A model generated the notes under the pieces. The model was not told the DNA's origin. It made no database searches and worked only from the letters and a program-made list of their open reading frames with translations. Shown piece after piece: positions 21,768 to 34,710 of a stretch of 64,000 nucleotides of DNA. The translations under genes were made by a program, and so were the position numbers. The DNA comes from Escherichia coli (GTDB lineage Bacteria > Pseudomonadota > Gammaproteobacteria > Enterobacterales > Enterobacteriaceae), in assembly GCF_046105845.1 (NCBI RefSeq), contig NZ_CP151004.1, one strand, 5' to 3'. The first letter of the stretch is position 1. Each line of letters starts with the position of its first letter.

Positions 21768-21785
21768 TTAATTCGTTGAGGATAG

Positions 21786-23120
<1,335 letters not shown>

Positions 23121-23145
23121 TCCGTAACTCAGGATGAGAAAAGAG

Positions 23146-24354
23146 ATGAATGAATTTCCGGTTGTTTTGGTTATTAACTGTGGTTCGTCTTCGATTAAGT
23201 TTTCCGTACTCGATGCCAGCGACTGTGAAGTATTAATGTCAGGTATTGCCGACGGTATTAACTCGGAAAATGCATTCTTATCCGTAAATGGGGGAGAGCC
23301 AGCACCGCTGGCTCACCACAGCTACGAAGGTGCATTGAAGGCAATTGCATTTGAACTGGAAAAACGGAATTTAAATGACAGTGTGGCCTTAATTGGCCAC
23401 CGCATCGCTCACGGCGGCAGTATTTTTACCGAGTCCGCCATTATTACCGATGAAGTCATTGATAATATCCGTCGCGTTTCTCCACTGGCACCCCTGCATA
23501 ATTACGCCAATTTAAGTGGTATTGAATCGGCGCAGCAATTATTTCCTGGCGTAACTCAGGTGGCGGTATTTGATACCAGTTTCCACCAGACGATGGCTCC
23601 GGAAGCTTATTTATACGGCCTGCCGTGGAAATATTATGAAGAGCTAGGTGTACGCCGTTATGGTTTCCACGGCACGTCGCACCGCTATGTTTCCCAGCGC
23701 GCGCATTCTTTGCTGAATCTGGCGGAAGATGACTCCGGCCTGGTTGTGGCGCATCTTGGCAATGGCGCGTCAATCTGCGCAGTTCGCAACGGTCAGAGTG
23801 TTGATACCTCAATGGGAATGACGCCGCTGGAAGGCTTGATGATGGGTACCCGCAGTGGTGATGTCGACTTCGGGGCGATGTCCTGGGTCGCCAGCCAAAC
23901 CAACCAGAGCCTGGGTGACCTGGAACGCGTAGTGAATAAAGAGTCGGGATTATTAGGTATTTCCGGTCTTTCTTCGGATTTACGTGTTCTGGAAAAAGCC
24001 TGGCATGAAGGTCACGAACGCGCGCAACTGGCAATTAAAACCTTTGTTCACCGAATTGCCCGTCATATTGCCGGGCACGCAGCCTCATTACGTCGCCTGG
24101 ATGGAATTATATTCACCGGCGGAATAGGAGAAAATTCAAGTTTAATTCGTCGTCTGGTCATGGAACATTTGGCTGTATTAGGCGTAGAGATTGATACAGA
24201 AATGAATAATCGCTCTAACTCCTGTGGAGAGCGAATTGTTTCCAGTGAAAATGCCCGTGTCATTTGCGCCGTTATCCCAACCAACGAAGAAAAAATGATT
24301 GCTTTGGATGCCATTCATTTAGGCAAAGTGAACGCGCCCGCAGAATTTGCATAA
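23146..24354 (+). CDS. tdcD: propionate/acetate kinase
   Basis: ORF track 23134..24354; likely start [16 protein letters not shown] at 23146; acetate-kinase family. Confidence 0.9.
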   Translation: MNEFPVVLVINCGSSSIKFSVLDASDCEVLMSGIADGINSENAFLSVNGGEPAPLAHHSYEGALKAIAFELEKRNLNDSVALIGHRIAHGGSIFTESAIITDEVIDNIRRVSPLAPLHNYANLSGIESAQQLFPGVTQVAVFDTSFHQTMAPEAYLYGLPWKYYEELGVRRYGFHGTSHRYVSQRAHSLLNLAEDDSGLVVAHLGNGASICAVRNGQSVDTSMGMTPLEGLMMGTRSGDVDFGAMSWVASQTNQSLGDLERVVNKESGLLGISGLSSDLRVLEKAWHEGHERAQLAIKTFVHRIARHIAGHAASLRRLDGIIFTGGIGENSSLIRRLVMEHLAVLGVEIDTEMNNRSNSCGERIVSSENARVICAVIPTNEEKMIALDAIHLGKVNAPAEFA

Positions 24355-24387
24355 TTTAGTTGAAGTATTGTAGAGAGATTATTTTTC

Positions 24388-26682
24388 ATGAAGGTAGATA
24401 TTGATACCAGCGATAAGCTGTACGCCGACGCATGGCTTGGCTTTAAAGGTACGGACTGGAAAAACGAAATTAATGTCCGCGATTTTATTCAACATAACTA
24501 TACACCGTATGAAGGCGATGAATCTTTCCTCGCTGAAGCGACGCCAGCCACCACGGAATTGTGGGAAAAGGTGATGGAAGGCATTCGTATTGAAAACGCA
24601 ACCCACGCGCCGGTTGATTTCGATACCAATATTGCTACCACTATTACCGCTCATGATGCGGGATATATTAACCAGCCGCTGGAAAAAATTGTTGGCCTGC
24701 AAACGGATGCGCCGTTGAAACGTGCGCTGCATCCGTTCGGTGGCATTAATATGATTAAAAGTTCATTCCACGCCTATGGCCGTGAAATGGACAGTGAATT
24801 TGAATATCTGTTTACCGATCTGCGTAAAACCCATAATCAGGGCGTATTTGATGTTTACTCACCGGATATGCTGCGCTGCCGTAAATCGGGTGTACTGACT
24901 GGTTTGCCAGATGGTTATGGCCGTGGGCGCATTATCGGTGACTACCGCCGCGTGGCGCTGTATGGCATCAGTTATCTGGTGCGTGAACGCGAACTGCAAT
25001 TTGCCGATCTCCAGTCCCGTCTGGAAAAAGGCGAGGATCTGGAAGCCACTATCCGTCTGCGTGAGGAGCTGGCAGAGCATCGTCATGCGCTTTTGCAGAT
25101 TCAGGAAATGGCGGCGAAATATGGCTTTGATATCTCTCGCCCGGCGCAGAATGCACAGGAAGCGGTGCAGTGGCTCTACTTCGCTTATCTGGCGGCAGTG
25201 AAATCGCAAAATGGCGGCGCGATGTCGCTGGGGCGCACGGCATCGTTCCTCGATATCTACATTGAGCGCGACTTTAAAGCTGGCGTACTCAATGAGCAGC
25301 AGGCACAGGAACTGATCGATCACTTCATCATGAAGATCCGTATGGTACGCTTCCTGCGTACACCGGAATTTGATTCGCTGTTCTCCGGCGACCCAATCTG
25401 GGCGACGGAAGTGATCGGCGGGATGGGGCTGGACGGTCGTACGCTGGTGACCAAAAACTCCTTCCGCTATTTGCACACCCTGCACACTATGGGGCCGGCA
25501 CCGGAACCTAACCTGACCATTCTTTGGTCGGAAGAATTACCGATTGCCTTCAAAAAATATGCCGCGCAGGTGTCGATCGTCACCTCTTCCTTGCAGTATG
25601 AAAACGACGATCTGATGCGTACTGACTTCAACAGCGACGATTACGCGATTGCCTGCTGCGTCAGCCCAATGGTGATTGGTAAGCAGATGCAGTTCTTTGG
25701 TGCGCGCGCTAACCTGGCGAAAACACTGCTGTACGCAATTAACGGCGGGGTGGATGAGAAGCTGAAGATTCAGGTCGGGCCGAAAACAGCACCATTGATG
25801 GACGACGTGCTGGACTACGACAAAGTGATGGACAGCCTCGATCATTTCATGGACTGGCTGGCAGTGCAGTACATCAGCGCGCTGAATATCATCCACTACA
25901 TGCACGACAAGTACAGCTATGAAGCCTCGCTGATGGCGCTGCACGATCGTGATGTTTATCGCACGATGGCTTGCGGCATCGCGGGTCTGTCGGTGGCGAC
26001 GGACTCCCTGTCTGCCATCAAATATGCCCGCGTGAAACCGATCCGTGACGAAAACGGCCTGGCGGTGGATTTCGAAATCGACGGCGAATATCCGCAGTAT
26101 GGCAACAACGACGAGCGCGTAGACAGCATTGCCTGCGATCTGGTTGAACGCTTTATGAAGAAAATTAAAGCGCTGCCAACCTATCGCAACGCCGTCCCTA
26201 CCCAGTCGATTCTGACTATCACTTCTAACGTGGTGTACGGCCAGAAAACCGGTAACACGCCAGACGGTCGTCGTGCGGGTACACCGTTCGCACCGGGCGC
26301 TAACCCGATGCACGGTCGTGACCGCAAAGGTGCGGTAGCCTCGCTGACGTCGGTGGCGAAACTGCCGTTCACCTACGCCAAAGACGGGATCTCGTACACC
26401 TTCTCGATCGTGCCTGCGGCGCTGGGCAAAGAAGATCCAGTACGTAAAACCAACCTTGTCGGCCTGCTGGATGGGTATTTCCACCACGAAGCGGATGTCG
26501 AAGGCGGTCAACACCTCAACGTCAACGTAATGAATAGGGAAATGCTGCTGGATGCCATCGAGCACCCGGAAAAATATCCTAACCTGACAATCCGTGTCTC
26601 TGGCTACGCCGTGCGCTTCAACGCACTGACCCGTGAACAGCAACAGGATGTTATTTCACGTACTTTTACCCAGGCGCTCTGA
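24388..26682 (+). CDS. tdcE: 2-ketobutyrate formate-lyase / pyruvate formate-lyase (glycyl radical enzyme)
   Basis: 764-aa ORF; C-terminal glycyl-radical motif RVSGYAVRF. Confidence 0.92.
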   Translation: MKVDIDTSDKLYADAWLGFKGTDWKNEINVRDFIQHNYTPYEGDESFLAEATPATTELWEKVMEGIRIENATHAPVDFDTNIATTITAHDAGYINQPLEKIVGLQTDAPLKRALHPFGGINMIKSSFHAYGREMDSEFEYLFTDLRKTHNQGVFDVYSPDMLRCRKSGVLTGLPDGYGRGRIIGDYRRVALYGISYLVRERELQFADLQSRLEKGEDLEATIRLREELAEHRHALLQIQEMAAKYGFDISRPAQNAQEAVQWLYFAYLAAVKSQNGGAMSLGRTASFLDIYIERDFKAGVLNEQQAQELIDHFIMKIRMVRFLRTPEFDSLFSGDPIWATEVIGGMGLDGRTLVTKNSFRYLHTLHTMGPAPEPNLTILWSEELPIAFKKYAAQVSIVTSSLQYENDDLMRTDFNSDDYAIACCVSPMVIGKQMQFFGARANLAKTLLYAINGGVDEKLKIQVGPKTAPLMDDVLDYDKVMDSLDHFMDWLAVQYISALNIIHYMHDKYSYEASLMALHDRDVYRTMACGIAGLSVATDSLSAIKYARVKPIRDENGLAVDFEIDGEYPQYGNNDERVDSIACDLVERFMKKIKALPTYRNAVPTQSILTITSNVVYGQKTGNTPDGRRAGTPFAPGANPMHGRDRKGAVASLTSVAKLPFTYAKDGISYTFSIVPAALGKEDPVRKTNLVGLLDGYFHHEADVEGGQHLNVNVMNREMLLDAIEHPEKYPNLTIRVSGYAVRFNALTREQQQDVISRTFTQAL

Positions 26683-26695
26683 CGCCGGAGGATGT

Positions 26696-27085
26696 ATGAA
26701 AAAGATTATCGAAACGCAACGTGCCCCAGGCGCAATCGGCCCTTATGTTCAGGGCGTTGATTTAGGCAGCATGGTCTTCACCTCCGGGCAAATTCCGGTT
26801 TGCCCACAGACCGGTGAGATCCCGGCTGATGTGCAAGATCAGGCGCGTTTAAGCCTCGAAAACGTCAAAGCGATCGTGGTTGCTGCCGGGCTAAGCGTGG
26901 GCGATATCATCAAGATGACCGTGTTCATCACCGATCTGAATGATTTTGCCACCATCAATGAAGTCTATAAGCAGTTCTTCGATGAGCATCAGGCGACCTA
27001 CCCGACCCGGAGCTGTGTACAGGTCGCGCGTTTGCCGAAAGATGTGAAGCTGGAAATTGAAGCCATCGCAGTACGTAGTGCGTAA
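26696..27085 (+). CDS. tdcF: RidA/YjgF-family enamine/imine deaminase
   Basis: ORF track 26633..27085; likely start MKKIIETQRAP at 26696 (129 aa). Confidence 0.9.
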   Translation: MKKIIETQRAPGAIGPYVQGVDLGSMVFTSGQIPVCPQTGEIPADVQDQARLSLENVKAIVVAAGLSVGDIIKMTVFITDLNDFATINEVYKQFFDEHQATYPTRSCVQVARLPKDVKLEIEAIAVRSA

Positions 27086-27156
27086 AGCCTCGTGAGCGGG
27101 ACGGTCGCAAGGTCGTTCCGCTCCACTTCACTGAACGGCAATCCGAGGGTGTGGAT

Positions 27157-28521
27157 ATGATTAGTGCATTCGATATTTTCAAAATTGGGATTGGTCCCTC
27201 CAGTTCGCATACCGTGGGGCCAATGAATGCCGGAAAAAGTTTTATTGATCGGCTGGAAAGTAGCGGCTTATTAACCGCGACGAGCCATATTGTGGTCGAT
27301 CTGTACGGGTCGTTGTCACTGACGGGCAAAGGCCATGCCACGGATGTCGCCATTATCATGGGACTGGCAGGAAACAGTCCGCAGGATGTTGTCATTGATG
27401 AGATCCCTGCATTTATAGAGTTAGTAACGCGCAGCGGGCGGCTGCCAGTGGCATCTGGTGCGCATATTGTTGATTTTCCTGTAGCAAAGAACATTATCTT
27501 CCATCCCGAAATGTTGCCTCGCCATGAGAACGGAATGCGGATCACTGCCTGGAAGGGACAGGAAGCGCTATTAAGTAAAACCTATTACTCTGTCGGCGGC
27601 GGGTTTATTGTCGAAGAAGAACACTTCGGCCTGTCGCACGATGTCGAAACGTCCGTACCTTACGATTTCCACTCAGCAGGTGAACTGCTGAAAATGTGTG
27701 ATTACAACGGCCTGTCTATATCTGGTCTGATGATGCACAACGAGCTGGCGCTGCGCAGCAAAGCGGAAATTGACGCCGGTTTTGCCCGTATCTGGCAAGT
27801 GATGCATGACGGTATTGAACGCGGGATGAACACTGAAGGCGTGCTGCCTGGTCCGCTCAATGTGCCGCGTCGTGCCGTAGCGCTGCGTCGTCAGCTGGTT
27901 TCCAGCGATAACATCTCTAACGATCCGATGAATGTCATCGACTGGATCAATATGTACGCGCTGGCGGTTAGTGAAGAAAACGCAGCTGGCGGGCGCGTGG
28001 TAACGGCACCGACTAACGGTGCGTGCGGCATTATTCCGGCAGTGCTGGCTTATTACGATAAGTTCCGTCGTCCGGTAAACGAGCGGTCAATTGCCCGCTA
28101 TTTTCTGGCCGCGGGGGCTATTGGCGCGCTGTATAAAATGAACGCCTCCATCTCTGGCGCGGAAGTCGGCTGTCAGGGGGAAATTGGCGTGGCCTGTTCA
28201 ATGGCGGCGGCAGGGTTAACTGAACTCCTGGGCGGCAGTCCGGCGCAGGTATGCAATGCGGCGGAAATCGCGATGGAGCATAACCTTGGGCTGACCTGCG
28301 ATCCGGTTGCCGGACAGGTACAAATCCCGTGCATTGAACGTAATGCCATTAATGCCGTGAAAGCAGTAAACGCCGCGCGGATGGCGATGCGCCGCACCTC
28401 GGCACCGCGTGTTTCACTCGATAAAGTGATCGAGACGATGTATGAAACCGGCAAAGATATGAACGATAAATACCGCGAAACATCACGCGGAGGACTGGCC
28501 ATTAAAGTGGTCTGCGGCTGA
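27157..28521 (+). CDS. tdcG: L-serine dehydratase (Fe-S)
   Basis: ORF track 27151..28521; product begins [19 protein letters not shown]. Confidence 0.9.
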   Translation: MISAFDIFKIGIGPSSSHTVGPMNAGKSFIDRLESSGLLTATSHIVVDLYGSLSLTGKGHATDVAIIMGLAGNSPQDVVIDEIPAFIELVTRSGRLPVASGAHIVDFPVAKNIIFHPEMLPRHENGMRITAWKGQEALLSKTYYSVGGGFIVEEEHFGLSHDVETSVPYDFHSAGELLKMCDYNGLSISGLMMHNELALRSKAEIDAGFARIWQVMHDGIERGMNTEGVLPGPLNVPRRAVALRRQLVSSDNISNDPMNVIDWINMYALAVSEENAAGGRVVTAPTNGACGIIPAVLAYYDKFRRPVNERSIARYFLAAGAIGALYKMNASISGAEVGCQGEIGVACSMAAAGLTELLGGSPAQVCNAAEIAMEHNLGLTCDPVAGQVQIPCIERNAINAVKAVNAARMAMRRTSAPRVSLDKVIETMYETGKDMNDKYRETSRGGLAIKVVCG

Positions 28522-28545
28522 CATTGCTGTCAGCTTTCATCCTTG

Positions 28546-28573
28546 GGTGCACAAATGTGCACCTTTTTTTTTG
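28546..28573 (+). terminator. rho-independent terminator after tdcG
   Basis: GGTGCACAAATGTGCACC hairpin followed by a T-run. Confidence 0.75.
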
Positions 28574-28796
28574 TGATCTGCCGCAAATAGAGAATGAATA
28601 TTCTCTTGCAGTTAATTTAGTAGAAAATTCTTATCCATCTCCGTTATTTCAAAGTCTTGATTGTGAAGATTTTCTCTGACCTCGCGCGTATCATTTCTTT
28701 ATTCTAATAACTCGCCTGCAAAAACGTAGACCGCATATCGCCTTGATGCGGCTCGGAAAAAAATAATAAGCCCTACAAAATATTGAGCGAGAAATT

Positions 28797-30128
28797 ATGG
28801 AAATTGCATCGAATAAAGGCGTCATTGCAGACGCTTCGACCCCGGCGGGTCGTGCTGGAATGAGTGAGAGCGAGTGGCGAGAAGCGATCAAATTCGACAG
28901 TACTGACACCGGCTGGGTGATTATGAGTATCGGGATGGCGATTGGCGCGGGGATTGTTTTTCTCCCGGTGCAGGTCGGTTTGATGGGATTGTGGGTATTT
29001 TTGCTCTCATCGGTGATTGGTTACCCGGCAATGTATCTGTTTCAGCGATTGTTTATTAATACGCTGGCAGAATCACCAGAATGTAAAGATTACCCGAGCG
29101 TCATTAGCGGTTATTTAGGTAAAAACTGGGGCATCCTGTTAGGTGCACTCTATTTCGTAATGCTGGTGATTTGGATGTTCGTCTATTCCACCGCCATCAC
29201 CAACGATAGTGCTTCCTACCTGCATACCTTCGGCATGACGGAAGGGTTGCTGTCAGACAGTCCCTTTTATGGTCTGGTACTGATTTGCATTCTGGTGGCG
29301 ATCTCCTCACGCGGCGAGAAATTGTTATTCAAAATTTCGACGGGGATGGTGCTGACCAAGCTGCTGGTGGTCGCGGCGCTGGGCGTGTCGATGGTGGGAA
29401 TGTGGCATCTGTATAACGTCGGTTCGCTACCGCCGCTGGGGCTGCTGGTGAAAAACGCCATTATTACGCTGCCGTTTACCCTGACGTCGATTCTGTTTAT
29501 CCAGACGTTAAGCCCGATGGTGATCTCTTATCGCTCGCGGGAAAAATCGATTGAAGTGGCGCGGCATAAAGCATTGCGGGCAATGAATATCGCGTTTGGC
29601 ATTTTGTTTGTCACCGTCTTTTTCTACGCCGTGTCGTTCACGCTGGCGATGGGACATGACGAAGCGGTAAAAGCCTACGAGCAGAATATTTCCGCGCTGG
29701 CAATTGCGGCGCAGTTTATTAGCGGTGACGGCGCAGCGTGGGTGAAAGTGGTCAGCGTCATTCTCAATATCTTTGCAGTAATGACCGCGTTTTTTGGCGT
29801 CTATTTAGGCTTTCGCGAAGCAACGCAAGGGATCGTAATGAACATCCTGCGTCGCAAGATACCTGCCGAGAAGATTAACGAAAATCTCGTTCAGCGCGGC
29901 ATCATGATTTTCGCCATTTTGCTGGCCTGGAGCGCCATCGTACTGAACGCACCGGTGTTGAGCTTCACCTCTATCTGTAGCCCGATTTTCGGCATGGTAG
30001 GGTGCCTGATCCCGGCGTGGCTGGTTTACAAAGTACCGGCATTGCACAAATACAAAGGGATGTCTCTGTACCTGATTATCGTCACTGGTTTGTTGCTTTG
30101 TGTTTCTCCGTTCCTGGCATTTTCTTGA
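28797..30128 (+). CDS. cyuP: serine/cysteine transporter (HAAAP family)
   Basis: 443-aa multi-TM ORF, paralog of tdcC; synonym yhaO. Confidence 0.85.
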   Translation: MEIASNKGVIADASTPAGRAGMSESEWREAIKFDSTDTGWVIMSIGMAIGAGIVFLPVQVGLMGLWVFLLSSVIGYPAMYLFQRLFINTLAESPECKDYPSVISGYLGKNWGILLGALYFVMLVIWMFVYSTAITNDSASYLHTFGMTEGLLSDSPFYGLVLICILVAISSRGEKLLFKISTGMVLTKLLVVAALGVSMVGMWHLYNVGSLPPLGLLVKNAIITLPFTLTSILFIQTLSPMVISYRSREKSIEVARHKALRAMNIAFGILFVTVFFYAVSFTLAMGHDEAVKAYEQNISALAIAAQFISGDGAAWVKVVSVILNIFAVMTAFFGVYLGFREATQGIVMNILRRKIPAEKINENLVQRGIMIFAILLAWSAIVLNAPVLSFTSICSPIFGMVGCLIPAWLVYKVPALHKYKGMSLYLIIVTGLLLCVSPFLAFS

Positions 30129-30155
30129 TTTACCTGAAATTTTAAGGTTTTTAAT

Positions 30156-31466
30156 ATGTTTGATTCGACTTTAAATCCGTTATGGCAGCGTTACATCCTC
30201 GCCGTTCAGGAGGAGGTAAAACCGGCGCTGGGGTGTACTGAACCGATTTCACTGGCGCTGGCGGCGGCGGTTGCTGCGGCTGAACTGGAAGGTCCGGTTG
30301 AACGTGTAGAAGCCTGGGTTTCGCCAAATCTGATGAAGAACGGTCTGGGTGTCACCGTTCCCGGTACAGGAATGGTGGGGCTGCCAATTGCGGCGGCGCT
30401 GGGAGCGTTAGGTGGAAATGCTAACGCCGGGCTGGAAGTGCTGAAAGACGCAACTGCGCAGGCAATTTCCGATGCCAAAGCACTGCTGGCGGCGGGGAAA
30501 GTCTCAGTTAAGATCCAGGAACCTTGCGATGAAATCCTCTTCTCACGCGCCAAAGTCTGGAACGGTGAGAAGTGGGCGTGTGTCACCATCGTCGGCGGGC
30601 ATACCAACATTGTGCATATTGAGACGCACAATGGTGTGGTGTTTACCCAGCAGGCGTGTGTGACAGAGGGCGAGCAAGAGTCGCCGCTGACGGTGCTTTC
30701 CAGGACGACGCTGGCTGAGATCCTGAAGTTCGTCAATGAAGTCCCGTTTGCGGCGATCCGCTTTATTCTCGATTCTGCGAAGTTAAATAGTGCGTTATCG
30801 CAGGAAGGTTTGAGCGGTAACTGGGGGCTGCATATTGGCGCGACGCTGGAAAAACAGTGCGCGCGCGGCTTGCTGGCGAAAGATCTCTCTTCATCCATTG
30901 TGATTCGTACCAGCGCGGCATCCGATGCGCGTATGGGCGGCGCTACGCTTCCGGCAATGAGTAACTCCGGCTCGGGTAACCAGGGGATCACTGCAACAAT
31001 GCCTGTGGTGGTGGTAGCAGAACACTTCGGGGCCGATGATGAACGGCTGGCGCGTGCGCTGATGCTTTCGCATTTGAGCGCGATTTACATCCATAACCAG
31101 TTACCGCGTTTGTCTGCGCTTTGTGCCGCAACGACCGCAGCAATGGGGGCCGCCGCCGGGATGGCATGGCTGGTGGATGGGCGTTATGAAACCATCTCGA
31201 TGGCGATCAGCAGTATGATCGGCGATGTCAGCGGCATGATTTGCGATGGTGCGTCGAACAGCTGCGCGATGAAGGTTTCGACCAGTGCTTCGGCTGCGTG
31301 GAAAGCGGTGTTAATGGCGCTGGATGATACCGCAGTGACCGGCAATGAAGGGATCGTGGCGCATGATGTTGAGCAGTCGATTGCCAACCTGTGTGCGTTA
31401 GCAAGCCATTCGATGCAGCAAACGGATCGGCAGATTATCGAGATTATGGCGAGCAAGGCCAGATAA
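30156..31466 (+). CDS. cyuA: L-cysteine desulfidase
   Basis: 436-aa ORF; synonym yhaM. Confidence 0.85.
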   Translation: MFDSTLNPLWQRYILAVQEEVKPALGCTEPISLALAAAVAAAELEGPVERVEAWVSPNLMKNGLGVTVPGTGMVGLPIAAALGALGGNANAGLEVLKDATAQAISDAKALLAAGKVSVKIQEPCDEILFSRAKVWNGEKWACVTIVGGHTNIVHIETHNGVVFTQQACVTEGEQESPLTVLSRTTLAEILKFVNEVPFAAIRFILDSAKLNSALSQEGLSGNWGLHIGATLEKQCARGLLAKDLSSSIVIRTSAASDARMGGATLPAMSNSGSGNQGITATMPVVVVAEHFGADDERLARALMLSHLSAIYIHNQLPRLSALCAATTAAMGAAAGMAWLVDGRYETISMAISSMIGDVSGMICDGASNSCAMKVSTSASAAWKAVLMALDDTAVTGNEGIVAHDVEQSIANLCALASHSMQQTDRQIIEIMASKAR

Positions 31467-31485
31467 ACGCCAGGTTTTGGGTATC

Positions 31486-31519
31486 GTGCCGGATTAGGCG
31501 TTTACGCCGCATCCGGCAC
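31486..31519. repeat. REP-type palindromic element
   Basis: GTGCCGGATTAGGCGTTTACGCCGCATCCGGCAC. Confidence 0.7.
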
Positions 31520-31525
31520 CTGTCT

Positions 31526-31690
31526 TTACGCGGTAGCTTCATCCTCGGCTAAACGCGTTTCAGCATCAGCGACGATGGCTTCCAGCTCGCTCAACATCTC
31601 TTCATAGCCAAAATTTTTGGCGGTGCGAGCAGGTTCTTTCGCCACCACGGGCTTCACTGGCTGGCGCTTTTTGGCCGATTTTTTACTCAT
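31526..31690 (-). CDS. yhaL: small uncharacterised protein YhaL (54 aa)
   Basis: Not in the ORF track (below its length cut-off). Hand translation of the minus strand gives MSKKSAKKRQPVKPVVAKEPARTAKNFGYEEMLSELEAIVADAETRLAEDEATA. Confidence 0.6.
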   Translation of the reverse strand: MSKKSAKKRQPVKPVVAKEPARTAKNFGYEEMLSELEAIVADAETRLAEDEATA

Positions 31691-31712
31691 CATCATCTCC
31701 CTGTTAAAACAA

Positions 31713-32414
31713 CTAGACAGGCAAATCTATCAGCAAAGCGCGCAGTGGGGAATCGGCAACCAGCGTAATGTTAGCCTCGTCACGAATAAACGCCCCATCA
31801 CCGCAGGTTAGCGCCGCTTTCTCTTCATGATGCGTAAGCGCATGAAATTTCCCGTGAATCGATTGCAAATACGCGCGTGGCCCATGCAACTGGAAATTCG
31901 CACTTTCGCCTTTGTCGAGCACGATATGGTGTAGCCACACTTGTTGGCGTAATTGCAGACTTCCCATCGCACCCTCTGGCGAGGCGATTAATTGCTGCTT
32001 CTCCATATTAAGCGCCAGCTTTTGAATCAGCGGATTCTCTCGCTGCGGGCAGGCATCCAGCCAAAGCTGCATTCGCGTTAACGGTTTGTCTTTGCTGAGA
32101 TTGTGTTCGCTATAGCTGACACCCGGCTGGGTAGAGAGCAGCAACACCTCACCAGCGCTGGCCTGAACATGATTGCCTTCGCTGTCGCGATACTCAGCTT
32201 CTCCATCCAGAATCACATTTAAAATATCGACTTTGGGATAGGTTCGCGGCTGAAAGGCGGCACCTGGGGCCAGCACTTCCTGGTTAAGCACGCGCAGGGA
32301 GGCATAGCCTAACAATTTCGGGTCGAAGTAGTGTCCAAAGGAAAAAGTATACCGGGCCTGCAACCATCCGTAGTCTGCTTGTCCACACTGCCTGGCAGTT
32401 CGGGTAGTAATCAT
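31713..32414 (-). CDS. yhaK: pirin-like cupin protein
   Basis: 233-aa ORF. Confidence 0.85.
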   Translation of the reverse strand: MITTRTARQCGQADYGWLQARYTFSFGHYFDPKLLGYASLRVLNQEVLAPGAAFQPRTYPKVDILNVILDGEAEYRDSEGNHVQASAGEVLLLSTQPGVSYSEHNLSKDKPLTRMQLWLDACPQRENPLIQKLALNMEKQQLIASPEGAMGSLQLRQQVWLHHIVLDKGESANFQLHGPRAYLQSIHGKFHALTHHEEKAALTCGDGAFIRDEANITLVADSPLRALLIDLPV

Positions 32415-32518
32415 AATTCTTGACCTCTCTTTACTTCCTTTTATGGTAAGGGGCTGGACGCTACATTGTTAGCCAGATATTCTGCCCGGTATGTTCAAAT
32501 TTCCTGAATGAGAACGAA

Positions 32519-33415
32519 ATGGCCAAAGAAAGGGCATTAACGCTGGAAGCACTACGGGTTATGGATGCGATCGATCGCCGGGGCAGTTTTGCGGCGGCGG
32601 CGGATGAGCTGGGACGCGTGCCTTCCGCACTTAGCTACACCATGCAAAAACTGGAAGAAGAGCTGGATGTGGTGCTGTTTGACCGCTCGGGCCATCGCAC
32701 CAAATTCACCAATGTCGGGAGGATGTTGCTGGAGCGAGGGCGCGTTTTGCTGGAAGCCGCAGATAAACTGACTACCGATGCGGAAGCTCTCGCGCGCGGT
32801 TGGGAAACGCATCTCACCATTGTGACCGAAGCGCTGGTACCGACACCTGCCTTTTTCCCGTTAATTGACAAACTGGCGGCAAAAGCGAATACCCAACTGG
32901 CAATCATCACCGAAGTGCTGGCGGGGGCATGGGAACGGCTGGAGCAGGGGCGGGCGGATATTGTTATCGCGCCGGATATGCATTTTCGTTCCTCGTCGGA
33001 GATCAACTCGCGCAAACTCTATACCTTAATGAACGTCTACGTTGCCGCGCCTGATCACCCGATTCATCAGGAGCCGGAACCGTTATCTGAAGTGACGCGC
33101 GTGAAATATCGTGGAATTGCGGTGGCGGATACCGCTCGTGAGCGCCCGGTATTGACCGTACAGCTACTGGACAAACAGCCGCGTTTAACGGTGAGCACGA
33201 TTGAAGATAAACGTCAGGCATTACTGGCGGGGCTTGGCGTGGCGACGATGCCGTATCCGATGGTCGAAAAAGATATCGCGGAAGGGCGGTTGCGTGTCGT
33301 CAGCCCAGAATCGACTAGCGAGATCGATATTATTATGGCCTGGCGTCGTGACAGTATGGGGGAAGCGAAATCCTGGTGTCTGCGGGAAATTCCCAAACTT
33401 TTTAGCGGAAAATAA
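32519..33415 (+). CDS. yhaJ: LysR-family transcriptional regulator
   Basis: 298-aa ORF; divergent from yhaK. Confidence 0.85.
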   Translation: MAKERALTLEALRVMDAIDRRGSFAAAADELGRVPSALSYTMQKLEEELDVVLFDRSGHRTKFTNVGRMLLERGRVLLEAADKLTTDAEALARGWETHLTIVTEALVPTPAFFPLIDKLAAKANTQLAIITEVLAGAWERLEQGRADIVIAPDMHFRSSSEINSRKLYTLMNVYVAAPDHPIHQEPEPLSEVTRVKYRGIAVADTARERPVLTVQLLDKQPRLTVSTIEDKRQALLAGLGVATMPYPMVEKDIAEGRLRVVSPESTSEIDIIMAWRRDSMGEAKSWCLREIPKLFSGK

Positions 33416-33432
33416 TATTTGTTATTGTTAAT

Positions 33433-33461
33433 AAAAAGGGGCGAAATATCGCCCCAATTTT
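33433..33461. terminator. bidirectional rho-independent terminator between convergent yhaJ and yhaI
   Basis: AAAAAGGGGCGAAATATCGCCCCAATTTT, with A-run and T-run flanking the stem. Confidence 0.75.
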
Positions 33462-33465
33462 AATA

Positions 33466-33822
33466 TTAATTTGAACCAAACTTCGGATCGTTTCCGTAAC
33501 GATTGCTGCCAGAATTGCCCTCTAAACAGGCAAATACAAACAGAACTAACCAGCCAATGATCGGTACCAGATAGAGAAGCGCCCACGCACCTGAACGGTC
33601 AGTATCATGCAGACGACGAACGCACAGAGCAATGACCGGAATGATTGTTGCTGCCAGGTAAATGAGAGAAAGGAACGGAAACTCTAAACCTAAAATCAAT
33701 TGAATGACATTGATAATAGCGCCGACGATGGCGTTAATCAGAGTAAACATCCAGTACTCTTTACGACGTGCGCGACCAGAGAAACCAACATAATTTTTTA
33801 ATACGGATAAATACCACTGCAT
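33466..33822 (-). CDS. yhaI: DUF805 inner-membrane protein
   Basis: 118-aa ORF; paralog of the adjacent yhaH (shared LKNYVGF.GRARRKEYWMF motif). Confidence 0.8.
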   Translation of the reverse strand: MQWYLSVLKNYVGFSGRARRKEYWMFTLINAIVGAIINVIQLILGLEFPFLSLIYLAATIIPVIALCVRRLHDTDRSGAWALLYLVPIIGWLVLFVFACLEGNSGSNRYGNDPKFGSN

Positions 33823-34063
33823 AAAAACATCCCTTTAATTAAAAGTGACGAAAGTTTATTCCGGGTATTGTGTAAATGCTATTCGTATCTTTCTTTTTCG
33901 GATGTTATAAAGGTTTTGATATTTAAGATAAATACATGGTTATTTTTTATATGTAATTTATATAACGACATTGAAATATTTTAAATAAACATTAGTAAAT
34001 TATTCATTCATCAACATAATGATAAAAGCCGGATGAGTCAGACATCCGGCGAGCAGATTTGTT

Positions 34064-34429
34064 TTAAGCTTCCAGTTTTGGATCTGGTCCAAAGCGGTTT
34101 TCGCCTGGCGTACCCGCCTGGCAGTTAAAGACGATGATAATAAGCCAGCCGATAAACGGGATTAAGAATAGCAGTGCCCACCACGCCGAGCGGTCGGTGT
34201 CGTGCAGGCGGCGGAACTGAACCGCCCACCACGGTAAAAACACCAGAATACCGTAGATTGTTGTCAGGATGCCTTCGCCACCAGCGCGTTGCCAGCCTAA
34301 CATTTTATCCAGCAGCCCCAGCACGAACGTAAAGATGATGTTGACCAGAATAAACATCCAGTACTCTTTGCGCCGCGCACGACCCCGGAAACCGACATAA
34401 TTTTTTAGTACTTTCAGATACCAGTCCAT
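34064..34429 (-). CDS. yhaH: DUF805 inner-membrane protein
   Basis: ORF track 34064..34450; likely start MDWYLKVLKNYVGF at 34429. Confidence 0.8.
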   Translation of the reverse strand: MDWYLKVLKNYVGFRGRARRKEYWMFILVNIIFTFVLGLLDKMLGWQRAGGEGILTTIYGILVFLPWWAVQFRRLHDTDRSAWWALLFLIPFIGWLIIIVFNCQAGTPGENRFGPDPKLEA

Positions 34430-34554
34430 TTTTGCCTCAATTTTGCTCAATCACTTGTTTTTAAAGCAGCAAATTAAGAATAGACGTGAATGAAATGGCA
34501 GTAAATATTATCGCGATGAATTAATAAGGCACTGTGAAGGATAAGGGCAAGCGC

Positions 34555-34660
34555 AAAATCGCCAGATGCGCTACGCTTATCTGGCCTACGCGGCATTGTA
34601 ACATATTGAATATAAACGTTTTGTAGGTTGGAGAAGACGTTCACGCCGCATCCGACATAA
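34555..34660. repeat. pair of REP-type palindromes (BIME-like)
   Basis: GCCAGATGCGCTACGCTTATCTGGCCTACG and GACGTTCACGCCGCATCCGACA. Confidence 0.65.
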
Positions 34661-34710
34661 ATAACACGCACTTAGCTAATAATCAGAGGCACCTCGTAAG
34701 GTGCCTTTTT

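Noticed and set aside
25537-26643. 368-aa minus-strand ORF inside tdcE (similarly 42277..43167 in uxaC, 30206..30991 in cyuA, 1047..1717 in kbaY, 62195..62870 in ebgA)
   Set aside because: These are antisense frames within well-supported genes, Arg/His/Val-rich, with no independent start context.
33823-34063. Very AT-rich yhaI-yhaH spacer as a possible small RNA or mobile-element remnant
   Set aside because: No inverted terminal repeats, ORF or terminator-promoter pairing that would define a discrete element; most simply a promoter region for yhaI plus the yhaH terminator hairpin at ~34028..34052.
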